64,000 bases of DNA from positions 28,896,848 to 28,960,847 of the forward strand of contig CM120643.1 in the NCBI GenBank assembly GCA_051362555.1, in the 5' to 3' direction. The notes beneath the pieces are model-generated. The model did no database searches. It saw only the letters and a program-made list of their open reading frames with translations, and was not told the origin of the DNA. The stretch's first letter is position 1. Each line of letters opens with the position of its first letter. The DNA is from Lingula anatina. Taxonomy: Eukaryota; Animalia; Brachiopoda. Shown here one piece after another: positions 11,301 to 24,403 of this stretch. A program made the translations under genes and the position numbers.

Positions 11301-14300
11301 ATATTAGACAAGTTGGAATGTCTGATCAGAGTGTGGAGAATGGAAGTGGAAATCAATTACTCTACAACATGCAAAGAACCATGTCTGCAATGTGTGATCA
11401 GATGAAAAGAATGAATGACACATGGGTGTCACCGTCAAATTCTCAGAGAAATTCTGGTAGAATGATAAAGTCGCCCCAGAATGGAAACATAAATCAAAGT
11501 AGAGGGGGTCCACCACAATGTTTTAAATGTGGAGAAAGAGGTCATGTTCAAAGGGATTGTAAGAATGAAAATGTAGAACATCCACCTAATCCCAATGTTA
11601 GTAAAAATGCCAGCCCAAGTTCTATTTTGATTTGTAATAAATGTGGACAAAGAGGTCACATTCAAACAAATTGCCCTCAAAATAGAGAAATGCCAAAGAA
11701 TCCTCCTCCCGGTGCAAGAAATTCGGTAAACTAGAACGGGACGAATTGACCGACCGGATTTCGGATCCCTTACTTCATGTTGAAGGTCGGATTATGGATA
11801 GTGGAAATGTGAAAATGATGAATGTTGGAGAGTTAGTAGGAGAAAATTTTGTGATTCCTGTTAGTGTAGGTGGTGTGAAAACATTAGCAGTTGTGGATAC
11901 GGCAGCTCAATTTACTATCGTAAATAAAAGATTTTATAGTAAATTGCAGGGTGTGCCTGAGTTTTGTGAGAATTTGAAATTAATGCTTGCTGGAAAAAAT
12001 GCATTTATGATGGGTCATAGAGTAGAAAATTTGAGTATTGAGATAGATGGGATAGAGTATAAGGAAAATGTGTATGTTGCAGATTTGCAAGAAGGAATTG
12101 ATATGTTGTTGGGATTGAAGTTTTTGAAGGAGAGAAATTGTGTGGTGAATTTAGTTGATCAAACATTGATCATTGGAGAGAAATGTGTGCAGGGAAGCAT
12201 AGAAGTTGAAGGTGACTCTGATTTGAGTAAAGTGAATGGTGAGACAGAAGCTAAAAGTGATGAGAGATGTGTTGATGAAATGGAGAGAGAAGTTGAAATT
12301 TGTGAAAATATGGTGAGAACGAAAAAGAGAATAGTAGTTCCTCCATTGACGGTGATGAAAATTTCTGTTTGTGCAGATTATGAGTTAGAGAAAAAGAAAG
12401 AGTATGTGATAGAACCTTGTGTTGATAGACAAGTGTTGGTATCTTGTGCATTAGTTAAAGGTGATGATGTTGTTCCTATAGAGATAGTGAATGATGGAGA
12501 AAGAAATGCTGTTTTGAAAGCAGGTAGTGTGTTAGGTGTTATTAAGGAAGTTGAGACAGTTGATTCTGAAGTGAGATGTGAAGATGTAGATGGAAAAGCT
12601 AGGGTGTCTGCTGTGAATAAAGTTGAAATGAAGTTGAATATAGATGAAAATGTGGATGAAGAAGAAGTGATGAGAAGTTTGAAAAGAGATTTGCCTGAAC
12701 ATTTGCAAAATTTATTTGAAAGGTCAAGTGAGGATCTTGATTCAAATGAAATGGTTGCATTGTGTGAAACTTTGAGAGATTATGAAGATGTATTTGCAAA
12801 GCATGATCTTGATTTAGGATGCATGAAAGGTGTTAAGCATACTATTAACACTGGTAGTGCAGCTCCTGTGAAACAGAAATTGCGTAGAACTCCATTGGGA
12901 ATGGAAGGAGAAGAGAGAAAGATGCTTGAAAAGTTGTTAGCTTCTGATGTTATTCAGCCATCAAATTCTGAATGGGCATCCCCACCAGTATTGATAAGAA
13001 AGAAAGATGGAAGTGTTAGATGGTGTGTGGATTATAGGGAATTAAATAAGAAAACTATCAAAGATTCTTATCCTATTCCAAACATTGGTGATTGTTTAGA
13101 TTGTCTGGCTGGAAATCAATTTTTGAGTTTGATTGATATGGCTCAAGGATATTTTCAAATTGAAATTGATGAGAAAGATAGAAATAAAACTGCTTTTATC
13201 ACCAGATATGGTCTGTATGAGCATAAGAGAATGGCTATGGGACTTACCAATTCTCCTGCAAGTTTTTCGAGAGCAATGCAGTTAGTATTGAGAGGTTTGA
13301 CTTGGGAGAAAGTGTTGGTGTATCTGGATGATATCACAGTGTTGGGAAAGAATTTTGAAGATCATCTTAAGAATTTGAAAGAGGTTTTGGAGAGATTGCG
13401 TTCTTACAACTTGAAGTTAAAGCCTAAGAAATGTTTTCTTTTCCAAACAAAGTGTGAATTCTTAGGAAAGTCAATCAGTAGAGAAGGTGTTGGTATAACT
13501 GAGAGTAAAGTTGAGTGTGTTAAAAAGTGGCCAGTACCTACAAACAAAAAGGAAGTTGAAACATTCCTTGGTTTCATCAATTATCATAGAGATCATATTC
13601 CTCAATTTGCTGAGAAAACTGCTTGTTTGTATGAGTTGACAGGGATTAAAAGTGTTTTCAATTGGTCAAATGAACATCAAATAGCATTTGAAAGTTTAAA
13701 ACAAGAGTTAACAACTGCCCCTTGTTTAGCCTTTCCTTTGTCTGAAGGTGAATTTATACTTGATACAGATGCATCATATTCATGTATAGGAGCAGAACTT
13801 TCACAGATACAACATGGTGAAGAGAAGGTTATTGCTTATGGAAGTAAAATTATGTCACCTATACAGCGGCGTTATTGTACAACTAGAAAAGAGCTCTTGG
13901 CTGTTGTAAACTTCTGTAGACAATATAGACATTATTTGTTGGGAAGAAAGTTCAGAATCCGAACAGATCATCATAGTTTAGTGTGGTTGTTAGGATTTAA
14001 AAACCCAGATGGTCAGTTAGCAAGATGGTTAGAAGAATTATCTCAATATAATTTTACCATTGAACATAGACCAGGAAAGAAGCATGGAAATGCAGATGCA
14101 TTATCAAGAATACCTTTAGCTATGAAAGTGTGTGATTGCTATAAGGTGGGAGTGAAATTGAGTGACTTACCCTGTGAAGGATGTCATTATTGTCAGAGAG
14201 TACATAAAAATTGGTCAAGGTTTGAGACTGATGTGAATGATGTAATTCCTCTGGGAAATAAGAAATCAGATGACAATGTAGTTGAATTGAATGTAGTTGG

Positions 14301-17300
14301 TGATATGAGAAATGAAACAAATTGTGAGAAATTGAGTTCAGTTTTGATGTGTCAGAGGGCTGATACAAATGATAAAACTGACAAGAATGAAAGAGATGAA
14401 TTATGCAATTGGTTGAAAGGATATGACTTGAAAAAATTGCAGAGAAAAGATGCAGATTTGAAAATACTCATAGGTTGGTTAGAGAATGGTGAACCTAAAG
14501 AATCAGAGTTGTATTTGTGTAGTATGGCAGTAAAAGGATTGTGGAATTGCAAAGAGCAGTTGATTCTTTTGAATGATGTGTTATATTACAAATGGGAAGA
14601 AAGAGAGGATAGAAATTTGTGTTTAATTGTACCAAAAGATTTGGTCAATGAAGTTTTATTTTTCTGTCATGATTCAAAAACAGCTGGTCATTTTGCTTAT
14701 GAGAAAACTTTGCAAAAACTCAAACAATCATTCAAGTGGCATGGAATGAATAGAGATTGTAAATTGTATGTAAGTTCATGTGAACTTTGCAATAAAAACA
14801 AGCATAGTACTGTTCGACCAAAAGCCAAAATGAAATTACATCATGCAGGATTTCCTATGGAAAAGGTTCATTTAGATATACTTGGACCATTTACACAAAG
14901 TGAATTTGGAAATTCTTATATTTTGGTGATGATAGATCAGTTTACTAAATGGATAGAGTGTGTGGCATTGCCAAATCAGACAGCTGAATTAGTAGCAAAA
15001 GCATTTTTTGAAAAATTCATAGTTACTTTTGGTTGTCCACAAGAGATATATACAGATCAGGGTTCAAATTTTCAAAGTAGTCTATTTAGAAATTTGTGTA
15101 GACTATTAGAAATCAAACAACTTAGAACAACTGGTTTTAGAGCAAGTGCTAATGGACAAGTTGAAAGATGCATGGGTATTATTACACAGATGATTAGATG
15201 TAATGTAGAAGGGAATGTGAGATATTGGGATAGAGATTTACCTCAATTAGTTATGGCATTACATTCAACTGTGAATGCATCAACAGGGTTTACTCCTAAC
15301 ATGATGATGTTAGGGAGAGAAGTTTTTATGCCATTACACTTACTAACAGGTTGTGTGAATGAAAATTTGATACCATGTGATACTCATGAATGGTTGAGAA
15401 ACTTGAGTGAAAGCCTAAATAGATCACATGAAATGGCTAGAGAAAAATTGAAATGTGTGCAGAAACGTCAAAAACAATTGTACGATGCAAAGTTGAGAGA
15501 GAATGAATATACTTGTGGTCAGAAAGTATATTTGAAGGATGAAAGTCATAAAAAGGGAGAAAGTAAGAAACTTAGACCCTTATATAGAGGACCATATGAG
15601 GTTATCAAAGCATCCCCACCTCTCTATACAATAAAAGATAAAAAAGGAAAAATCCAAGTGGTACATCATGATAGATTGAGAAAATTTGTTGAAAGAGAGA
15701 GTGATTTTCAATTGAATGAACCACAATTGGTAGAACCAATTGTAAAAAGATCAAGATTTGGTAGACAAATTAAAATGCCATCTCATTTAAGAGATTTTGC
15801 GTTAGAATGATCATATTGATGTATATTTAGTTTATTAGTCAAGGTATAGTTGTATATAAATACTTCCTTAATTTTCGGCAGTGCTGAAATAAAAGGAATT
15901 TAATTTAATTTATTTATTTGTATTTTTTTTATTTTTTTTATTTAGAACATGGATGAATCAAACATTATGCACATCTGGGAAGAAGAGTTTCAATGGTGCA
16001 CAGATTGGGTTGAATCTCCAGAACGTTTATATATACTCTCAATCAGAAACATTGAAATAAAAAGTTCAAAACAAGCCAAAATAATCATCCATTTAGGAAA
16101 AATATGGAGAGAGAGATGTTTGTTAGAGACGGGTTATGATTGGTTCATGGACCACGAGAAAGAAATAAACAAAGAATTATCTAAAGAAGATTGTATTGAT
16201 ATTATTTGTTATCTCAGAGACAAACTCTATCAGTATTAAAATATTAGAAAAAATAAACAAGATAATAAAGATATATTTGATGAAGTATATTATAGTTTGT
16301 ACTTCCTATTATATTTCAGGTAATTTGATCAAAACAACAGTCCAAGTTGGTATAGGTTTTCTAAATATTTGTTCGAATTTTATTGTTGAGCATGTTACAT
16401 TGAGCACTGCATGAATAGATTGATAGCTACTTTTGTTTTTTTTTTTGGATTATGGTTATTAAAAAAAAAAAAAAAAAAAAAAAAATTACCTAACATAGTT
16501 ACACTGTTCAAACTAATATGTTGCAGTTGAGCATGTGTTTTGCATGTAAGGTAATTGGATTGGATATTGTTAAGGTAATTTTTTCTTATTATATATTTTC
16601 ATGATAAAGTTTTTCATAGATTTAATATAAAAAGCAATTTAACTTTGCTTTTGATTTGAATAATTGTACATAGTTAATGCGGCAATGCTGTGTTACTATG
16701 TTAGTAATGTAATGCTATGCTGATAGTGTAATACTGTGTTGATAATGTAAAATTATGTTAATATTCATTTGAAAGAAAAGCTCATTATCATGTATGTTCA
16801 TTCAAGAAAATAAACCATTGTATAAGTTTATTTCAGATATGGATGATCTAGACATGTTAGATGAAGCCTGTTTTGTCCCGGATTATGATGACACTGATTT
16901 GGTGGAAGATCCTACTGTCCTAATTGGTGAAGAGGGGGAGGAAGTTACCCACTCAAAGTGCAGAGGGGAGGAACGGAGGAGAGAAGTCCTGTGTGGTTTG
17001 TGTCTGGTGTCCAGTGCTGACCTGAGTAGACATCTTGGACGTCATGTGAAATCTGTTCATTTGCCATGGTATATGACTCCAGGATTGGTGTGCTGGTATT
17101 GCAGATCGATGGAAAAGGACAATTCGCTTTTACGTAAACGTCATGGTGATGTTCATTTGTGTGGAACTGGTGAATTCGAGGAAAAACTGTGGATCCAGTT
17201 GGTGAATGGATTTATACATTTCCTGATATTGACATTAAATATGAGAAATATATGGGAGCTGATGGACTATGTGAAAAGTGAAGGACTAGTAATGTTGCCA

Positions 17301-20300
17301 GATAACTGTTCCAAGGAGGACATTAACTTTGTGAAAATATACATTCATGGAAATGGTATGGAGCCTAAGACTGAGATTCTGAATTCTTTGTTGACTTTGT
17401 TTCACTGGAAAACTTTGTATCATCTGTTACAAAAACTTTCATCAGAGGATCGTGAACTCTGTAGTCATTGGTATCGGCGGATGAAATTTACTTTGCTACA
17501 TGGATGAAAAATGAACTATATAATGATTTTGACATTTCACATTGACATTGTTATCATTAATAATGTTGTTTTGAGCAACTTTGAGTTAAAATCACTTTGT
17601 TTGCTTTTAAAGTTGATTTAAAGTGATAATGGATTTAAAACTTTGTTTTGCATTCCTAAGGATGGACATTTATGCTGAGAGATGGACTTGATTGACTTTG
17701 CTTGTGTTAAAGATAAATGTTGAATCTTGGCATAACAAGAATGACTTATTTGCATTACTTGCGTATTTTAAATGTAAAGTACCATTTCAGTTGTTGAATT
17801 ATAATAATTATTAGTTTAACAATTTAAAGTAATGGTTTATATTGTAATAATAGGGGGGAGTTTTGTTCGTCAAAAGGGGGGAGAGTGTGACGATGTAGTG
17901 TGTTAGCTGAGATTATTTTATATTGCTACCGGTAGATGTCTCTGTAAGTAAAGTGTTGTCCGGTGTGCAAGTTTGAATCTCTCCCGTGATTGGTAACCTA
18001 AAGGTAAAACTGTTCACTGTATAGTTGGTTCTGATTGGTAAACGTGTACTATCTGAACTTGTATATAAGGTGTAACGTGAAATAAATCGGTCTCTTTGGC
18101 TTCTCTCTCTAGCCTCTTTGCGGCTGACTCTTTGGCTCTTTGGCTTCTTTGCGGATCTTTGAGACTCTCTCTATTTATACTCTGAGACACCAGTAAGTAG
18201 CCTACATTGTTATTTGTACCTTCATAAGGCACTCGGCCGCGAAGGCGTAACAGCTGCATTTTGTAGTACAAATGTCTAACTTGGCATAAATGTTCCTTGG
18301 GCCAAAAGAAATTTTTTTATCCAAAGAGACGTGCTCTATCGATGCATAAATTAGCATAAATTATGCAAATTGGGTGCCAAAATATATTATATTTCACATT
18401 TCAATTAATTTTTGGCCTAGAAACATGTACAGATTATCAAACCTGACTAAATTAGGGACAAGGAACCCATTTTTGATCATTGGAAGCAACTGGTGGCCAT
18501 TTTGTGCCTCAAATCCAAGATGGCCGCCACCTGCACTTTTGAAAGTGGACCTTATTTTTGCTATTTTATGTTGAATTTTGAAGCGTTTGGTCTATATATA
18601 CTTGATATATATATCGATTCCTACCATTTTGGGGATGCAAAAGTCATTTTTGATATTGTTATGGTGATAGTAGGTGATTTAAAGGGACAAAGAGGGTGTT
18701 TTAAGTGCCTACCAAGATATGTGTGAACGCTGCAAAACCATGGATATTGATAACCCGTATTCAAATATATCTCAATGCAATTTTTGTGATGTACCTGTAT
18801 AACCATCGCTATTGGACTATATTATGAGCAAAAAACAAATTTCACCATTATGGAGGCCATTGGTGGCCGTTTTATCCCTCAAATCCAATATGGCCGCCAA
18901 AAACCATTTTGAAATTGCACCCTCTTTGGCCCTTCAAATTACCTACTATCATCAAAACAATATCAAAAATGCATCCCCAAAATAGTAGGAATCGATATAT
19001 ATATAAAGTATATATAGACCAAACGCTTCAAAATTCAACATAAAATAGCAAAATTATGGTTTACATGTGTTACTGGGAATCCACGCTCCACCGATGCCTG
19101 GTTCGTATGTACCTTTAAGGATTGGTGGAATTCAATGTATGTAATATAACTTGATACAACATAATCAACTTTTAGCCTTGTTTGCATAAAAAACTGGTAC
19201 CTCAAAACAGACCAGCTACATGTATAAAGCTTATAAATGTACAGAACCTGCACTGACGACGACAATGACAAACCACTTAAACTTTGATTGAATTATGTTC
19301 TTCTTTGTTGTGCCAAACAGTCAAACCAGGAAGTGACCCCAAACTGATATTTAACATTGACTACAGGTACAGCAATCCTTTAAATCAATTGAAACAGGCT
19401 TAAACAGCAATATACTTCTCAAGACTACCAAAGTCTACAAAACCAAAAATTGTTGCACACATGAAAAAACGCTCAATTTCTTCAAAATCAAAGTGTAATA
19501 AGATCAATATTTGTTGAGGAACATGGAAGGCAGGTTTCTTGTAATTTTTGTATTGGGTTTGAGCACTAGACTGTATGTATTTGTTGGGGCACAGGTTACA
19601 GGTGAGTAGAACCAGTGTATGAAATGGCCGCCAGCCCGCCAGCCCGAGGCTGGTAACTTTCAGGCCGGGCGGGTAAGATTTACAAATTACCCGCCCGACG
19701 GGCTGGCTATTTTTATAGCCTATTTTCAACTTTTATTTTGTCTATGTTCACAAGCGATTTCAGCAAAATATCAAACCAACTCACTGTTTTCACCCACTTT
19801 CATAGAAGCAAAGAACTAACCATAGCTTGCAATCGAACGCTCATATCGAAATGTAACCAAGTCTCCCTCTCAGTGGCCTAGTTTTCAAAGTTCCGTCTGT
19901 GTTATATGAAGTTGAAAGACAATTTGAAACGAGGCACATTGTTCTTAACCAGCTTCAGTGCACAGTAGATAACGTTACGTCATTGTTTTGTGTAGAGGAG
20001 ATACCACGAGTAGCAATTTGTAGGTTGAGAGTTATAAAAATGTGAAAATATAAAAAGTTATGATATTGATTAAATAGACTTACAGGTACATGAAGTGCTT
20101 ATAATCAACAGTAACTAGAGGATCAGAGAGGCGATACCGCCTCCGAATATTGTACCACCAGCTGGAGTAAGCGCATTCGTATAGACCCCCACATACACAA
20201 AATAAGGGACAAAGCCACCAGTCTTGTGCTTGACAAGCTGTAAAAATGCAATCAACAAGAATTTTCAAAATATGCAAAAAATATATATAACTAAAAATGG

Positions 20301-23300
20301 TACAATCAAAGTTTAGTTCATCGCAAGGTAGGTCAAAGGTCAATTTCAAGGTCACAGTACATTGCCAGTATATGACTTCCTATTCAACTTCAATGGTAAC
20401 TATGGACCTATCTCTGCCAGGTTTGGAGTTAAAAGAGAAAGAAATCAGCAGAGTTCAGTTCATGATAATAAGTAGGTCAAAGGTCAATTTCAAGGTCACA
20501 TTTAGTTTACCAGTACATGACTTCCTATTCAAGTTCAATAGTAACTATGGACCTATCTCTGCCAGTTTTGGAGATAAAAGGGAAGCAGAATTTGCAAAGG
20601 TTAGTTCATGGTGAAAAGTAGGTCAAAGGTCAATTTTAATGCCAGTATATGACTTCATATTCAAGTTCAATAGAAACTATGGACCTATCTCTGCCAGTTT
20701 TGGAGATAAAAGGGAACCAAAATTTGAAAAGTTCAATTCATGGTGAAAAGTAGGTCAAAGGTCAATTTCAAGGTCACATTTAGATTGCCAGTATATGACT
20801 TCCCATTCAAGTTCAATAGTAACTATAGACCTATCTCTGCCAGTTTTGGAGATAAAAGGGAAGCAAAATTTGCAAAGTTCAGTTCATGATGAAAAGTAGG
20901 TCAAAGGTCAATTTCAAGGTCACAGTAAGATTGCCATTATATGACTTCCTATTCAAGTTCAATAGTAACTATGGACCTATCTCTGCCAGTTTTGGAGATA
21001 AAAAGGAAGCAAAATTTGCAAAGTTCAATTCATGGTGAAAAGTAGGTCAAAGGTCAATTTCAAGGTCACATTTAGATTGCCAGTATATGACTTCTATTCA
21101 AGTTCAATAGTAACTATGGACCTATCTCTGCCAGTTTTGGAGATATAAGGGACTAAATGTTATAATTTTGGAGTTACCATAATGTGCCATAAATTTTCTA
21201 CTGAAAAAAATTAATAAAAATATTTAGAAAAGGTCATTTTGGTCAAAATTCTTGAAATGGGAGGTGCTCTGAAGTTCCAGATGTTCAAATTTGATGAAAT
21301 AATGTCATTTTTGACCACAAGTTGTCTGCTTTGCCAAGCCTTATGTTTTATTTTTCCGGAGTTCAAAATTTATTATCCATTACCGTACTGCACATTTTGC
21401 TTTCACCACCAATATGTACTTTTTGATACAGCGTAACTCGAAAACCGTATGGAATACAAAAAAACGGAGACCACCTTCAGTGTTGGGCTTTACATGCTCT
21501 ACAAAATGCAAAAAAAAGAATGGGTCTCTAGCATTAACGGTTCCCCAATTAGAGACAGTTTTCAGTTTCGGTATCTTATGGCCGCTACTCCAGTGAAAAT
21601 GCACCGATTGACCCCAAATTCACAGAGATGAAAGATGACCTGAAAAGTAACACTTTCCAATAATATTATTGGTTAAGTCTGTGTAGTATCTGAATAACAG
21701 GGCAAATAATTTTTTTTTCGTAAAAAAATTCATTTTTTTGAAAATTTTGGCCCGTTTGACCTTGAAATAAAGGTCAAAGGTCAAATCCAATCGCATATTT
21801 GAAATCTACACATATGACTTTTGGAAAGCCGTCTGTAGAAATTTTTCCCATAATTCCTTCCGTAGGGTAGATAATTAGCATTTAATTTTGCCATTTTTAG
21901 ACAAGGGTGCATTGCAATGAGTGCCACACCTAGACCCCAATACCGACAAAGCCCAAATTTTAAGTGGAACGAGTTGAGGTTATAGGTGACCTAAATCCAA
22001 GAGATGGGTACGGGGGCCCTTACCGTCTAGGAGGAGAAGCGGTAACGGTAGCCGTCCGGCGGAGCCGGCGGAACGATCCGGACGGGACTAAAACCATGTG
22101 TACCGCCAGCGCTAACGCTGGTGGTACAATAGAGGCAACGGAGGCAAATGAAAGGAGAATTTTACAAAAAATTTGAATCCCAAAATTATGAGTGAACATA
22201 CGAGTTTACGCCGTGCGTCAGACGTAGTTCTTTTCCCACGTGCTTTCATCTTGGGCTATCAAAAATAAAAAAAAATTCTATCAAGTTCGATAGAGAAGTT
22301 CACAAAAGAAAAACTATTGAGGGAAGAAATAAAGATAAGAAAGATTATGACAGAACCAAACGAAAGAGAACAAATTTGGACCCATGGAAAGGTGACTTCG
22401 ATTTGCAATGAGTCGAGCGGCAACATTTTTTGTAAAACCGATACTCGAAAGTATCACGCATTGCGACCGAGCGCAAGCATCTCGATCCAATAACTCGCCC
22501 ATACTCGCCCCATATAATATATTGTAGACTCTTTGTGATATAACTATTCTCAATAAGCGATGCTTTTGAGATACGGGGCCCTGCAGGACTGTCTATGGGC
22601 CATTAGCGTGCAGGACCGTTCCCGACCGCTTTAAGCGATATTCAATGGGACCCTACGTGCTGAATTCTTTCTTCTTTATTGTCAGCACAGAGATCAGTTT
22701 ATTTCACAAGAATATATATGTATTTGGTCAAACTTGTTGCAATACAGAAAGGCAGAAATTATGATCAAATGATATCATGAAATCGGAATAAAAGTTATGA
22801 ATAAATTATTGAAGAAGAAATGAGACAGCCTGCAGGGTGAACATAAACTGAATTGACTACCCCCCCTCCCCCACCCGCTAAAGGGCCCTGAAAATTTTTG
22901 GTATTTTAGATAGTGAATGGTGCCATTTGGTGTGGTTTAGAACTATGATTCAACTAGTGAAAAGTCTTATTTCAAGAGGGTTTTTTTTTTGCAGAAATTG
23001 AAAGGGGGGGGGCGTCAGGACCCCCCTGACCCCCCTCTAAATCCAACACTGACAAGGTATCATTCAGTAGAAATTCCAACCAATTTCTAAATTTCCACGC
23101 ATAAGGCATGATATTGCCCTTTCTTTTCCAAATTACTCTCCCCAGAATGCATTCTAGACCCCCTCAGCATACCTCTCTTAACTCTAGGGGTTATCATAAC
23201 TAGGGCAGGTAACTACATGGCTGGGCTGGTAACTTTTCAGAGTTACCTGCCCCGTGGTCTGGCTTGTAATTTCCTTGAATTTCATACACTGGTAGAACAG

Positions 23301-24346
23301 AAGTCAATATCAGTAAATAAACACAGCATTCCTTTATGGAGCATATGGAAGTTGCCCACACATATATTTTAAGTTAATTCTTCTTATTGGGAGTTTTGCT
23401 ATTTAGTTTAATGGAGGAAATTCAAAACTTCTGACATATTTTCAGCACAGATGTTTACGTTAATCCCTGCAAAGTATCAAATGCATTCAGATTTTTCAAA
23501 ACTTTATAGAAATGGCATTTCTACAATTTTTGCACACTTTATAGAAAATATGAGTAAAAAGCAAATATTACATTCACTAGCTGTTTGTTATAAAATATAT
23601 GTTATAAAACACACTGTCAATGCCACTGCAACTTCTTTCTCTGTTTCTGTTTTTGCAGGTCATATTACAGTATCAAGCTGTGAGGGAGATGTCATGGTTC
23701 TTATGTGTCCCCCAGGGTCCAGTATCACAGTACTTGAGGCATTGTTTGGATATACATTATCAACAAACAACAATTGTTCTGAGGACAGTATACCAGAGTG
23801 CACTAGAAACTTCCCAACTGACACACAGTTGCTCTGTGATCACAGAGAAAGCTGCAGTATTATTGCGGTGTCCAGATATGTGTCACCTGGGCCTGGTTGT
23901 CCATCTAACTGGACCAACAGCCTTATGATTACTTATACCTGCTCTGGGATGACAATAACATCTACAACAACAACAACAACAACAGCGTCTTCCTCGTCAC
24001 CAGCCACTATTACAGTCACCCCAACATACCAATTCACTTCCCCAACTCTGGTTACTGCTACTAGTACAAAAGAAACACCAGCAATTACAGAGACAGTAGA
24101 GCAAGGAAACCCTGACATAGCCCTGCCTTTTACTAGTTCTATTACAATTACAGGTACTATTTCTGATACTTTAGGATCCACAGTAAACACTTTAAATCCT
24201 ATAAGAAACTTAAGGATTGATGGAATTCAATGTATGTAATGTAACTTAATACAACATAACTTATGAGTTAATGCTGTTAATTCATAAAAATACATCAGGG
24301 CAAAGGTGACAGCAACAATGCATTTTTGGTAAAAACTGTGACATTG

Positions 24347-24403
<57 letters not shown>

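Larger units (their letters stand above)
8503..18252 (+). mobile_element. Full-length Ty3/Gypsy LTR retrotransposon (9.75 kb), very recent
   Basis: 367-bp TG..CA LTRs at 8503-8869 and 17886-18252, identical by eye. 4-bp TSD GCTG (8499-8502, 18253-18256). PBS 8872-8889, PPT about 17872-17885, intact gag and pol with PR-RT-RH-IN order. Confidence 0.97.
8322..19114. mobile_element. Non-autonomous TTAA-target DNA transposon (Kolobok/piggyBac-like, about 1 kb) split by the Gypsy insertion
   Basis: The paralogous empty site is AAGAAAC-TTAA-GGATTG; here it reads AAGAAAC-TGAA-[GGATGCATACAAA...TTCGTATGTACCT]-TTAA-GGATTG. Imperfect TIRs and an internal ~85-bp inverted repeat (about 18556-18640 vs 18970-19053). 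Confidence 0.6.
19613..23291. mobile_element. Non-autonomous DNA transposon with CAGTG..CACTG ends (hAT- or P-like) in intron 1 of lectin copy 3
   Basis: 13-bp TIR CAGTGTATGAAAT/ATTTCATACACTG and 7-bp TSD GTAGAAC (19606-19612, 23292-23298). The empty site GTGA-GTGGAAC-AGAAGTC is seen in copy 2. Confidence 0.85.

Noticed and set aside
16794-17507. Possible env gene
   Set aside because: No signal peptide, furin site or C-terminal TM; it looks like a soluble Cys/His protein.
20310-21150. CRISPR-like regularly spaced repeats (also 34610-36500)
   Set aside because: Whole units repeat with no unique spacers; no cas genes; eukaryotic context.
23451-23658. N-terminal extensions of the lectin ORFs in the ORF track (also 26705-26813)
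   Set aside because: Intronic read-through upstream of clear TTGCAG acceptors; the true N-termini come from the signal-peptide exons.
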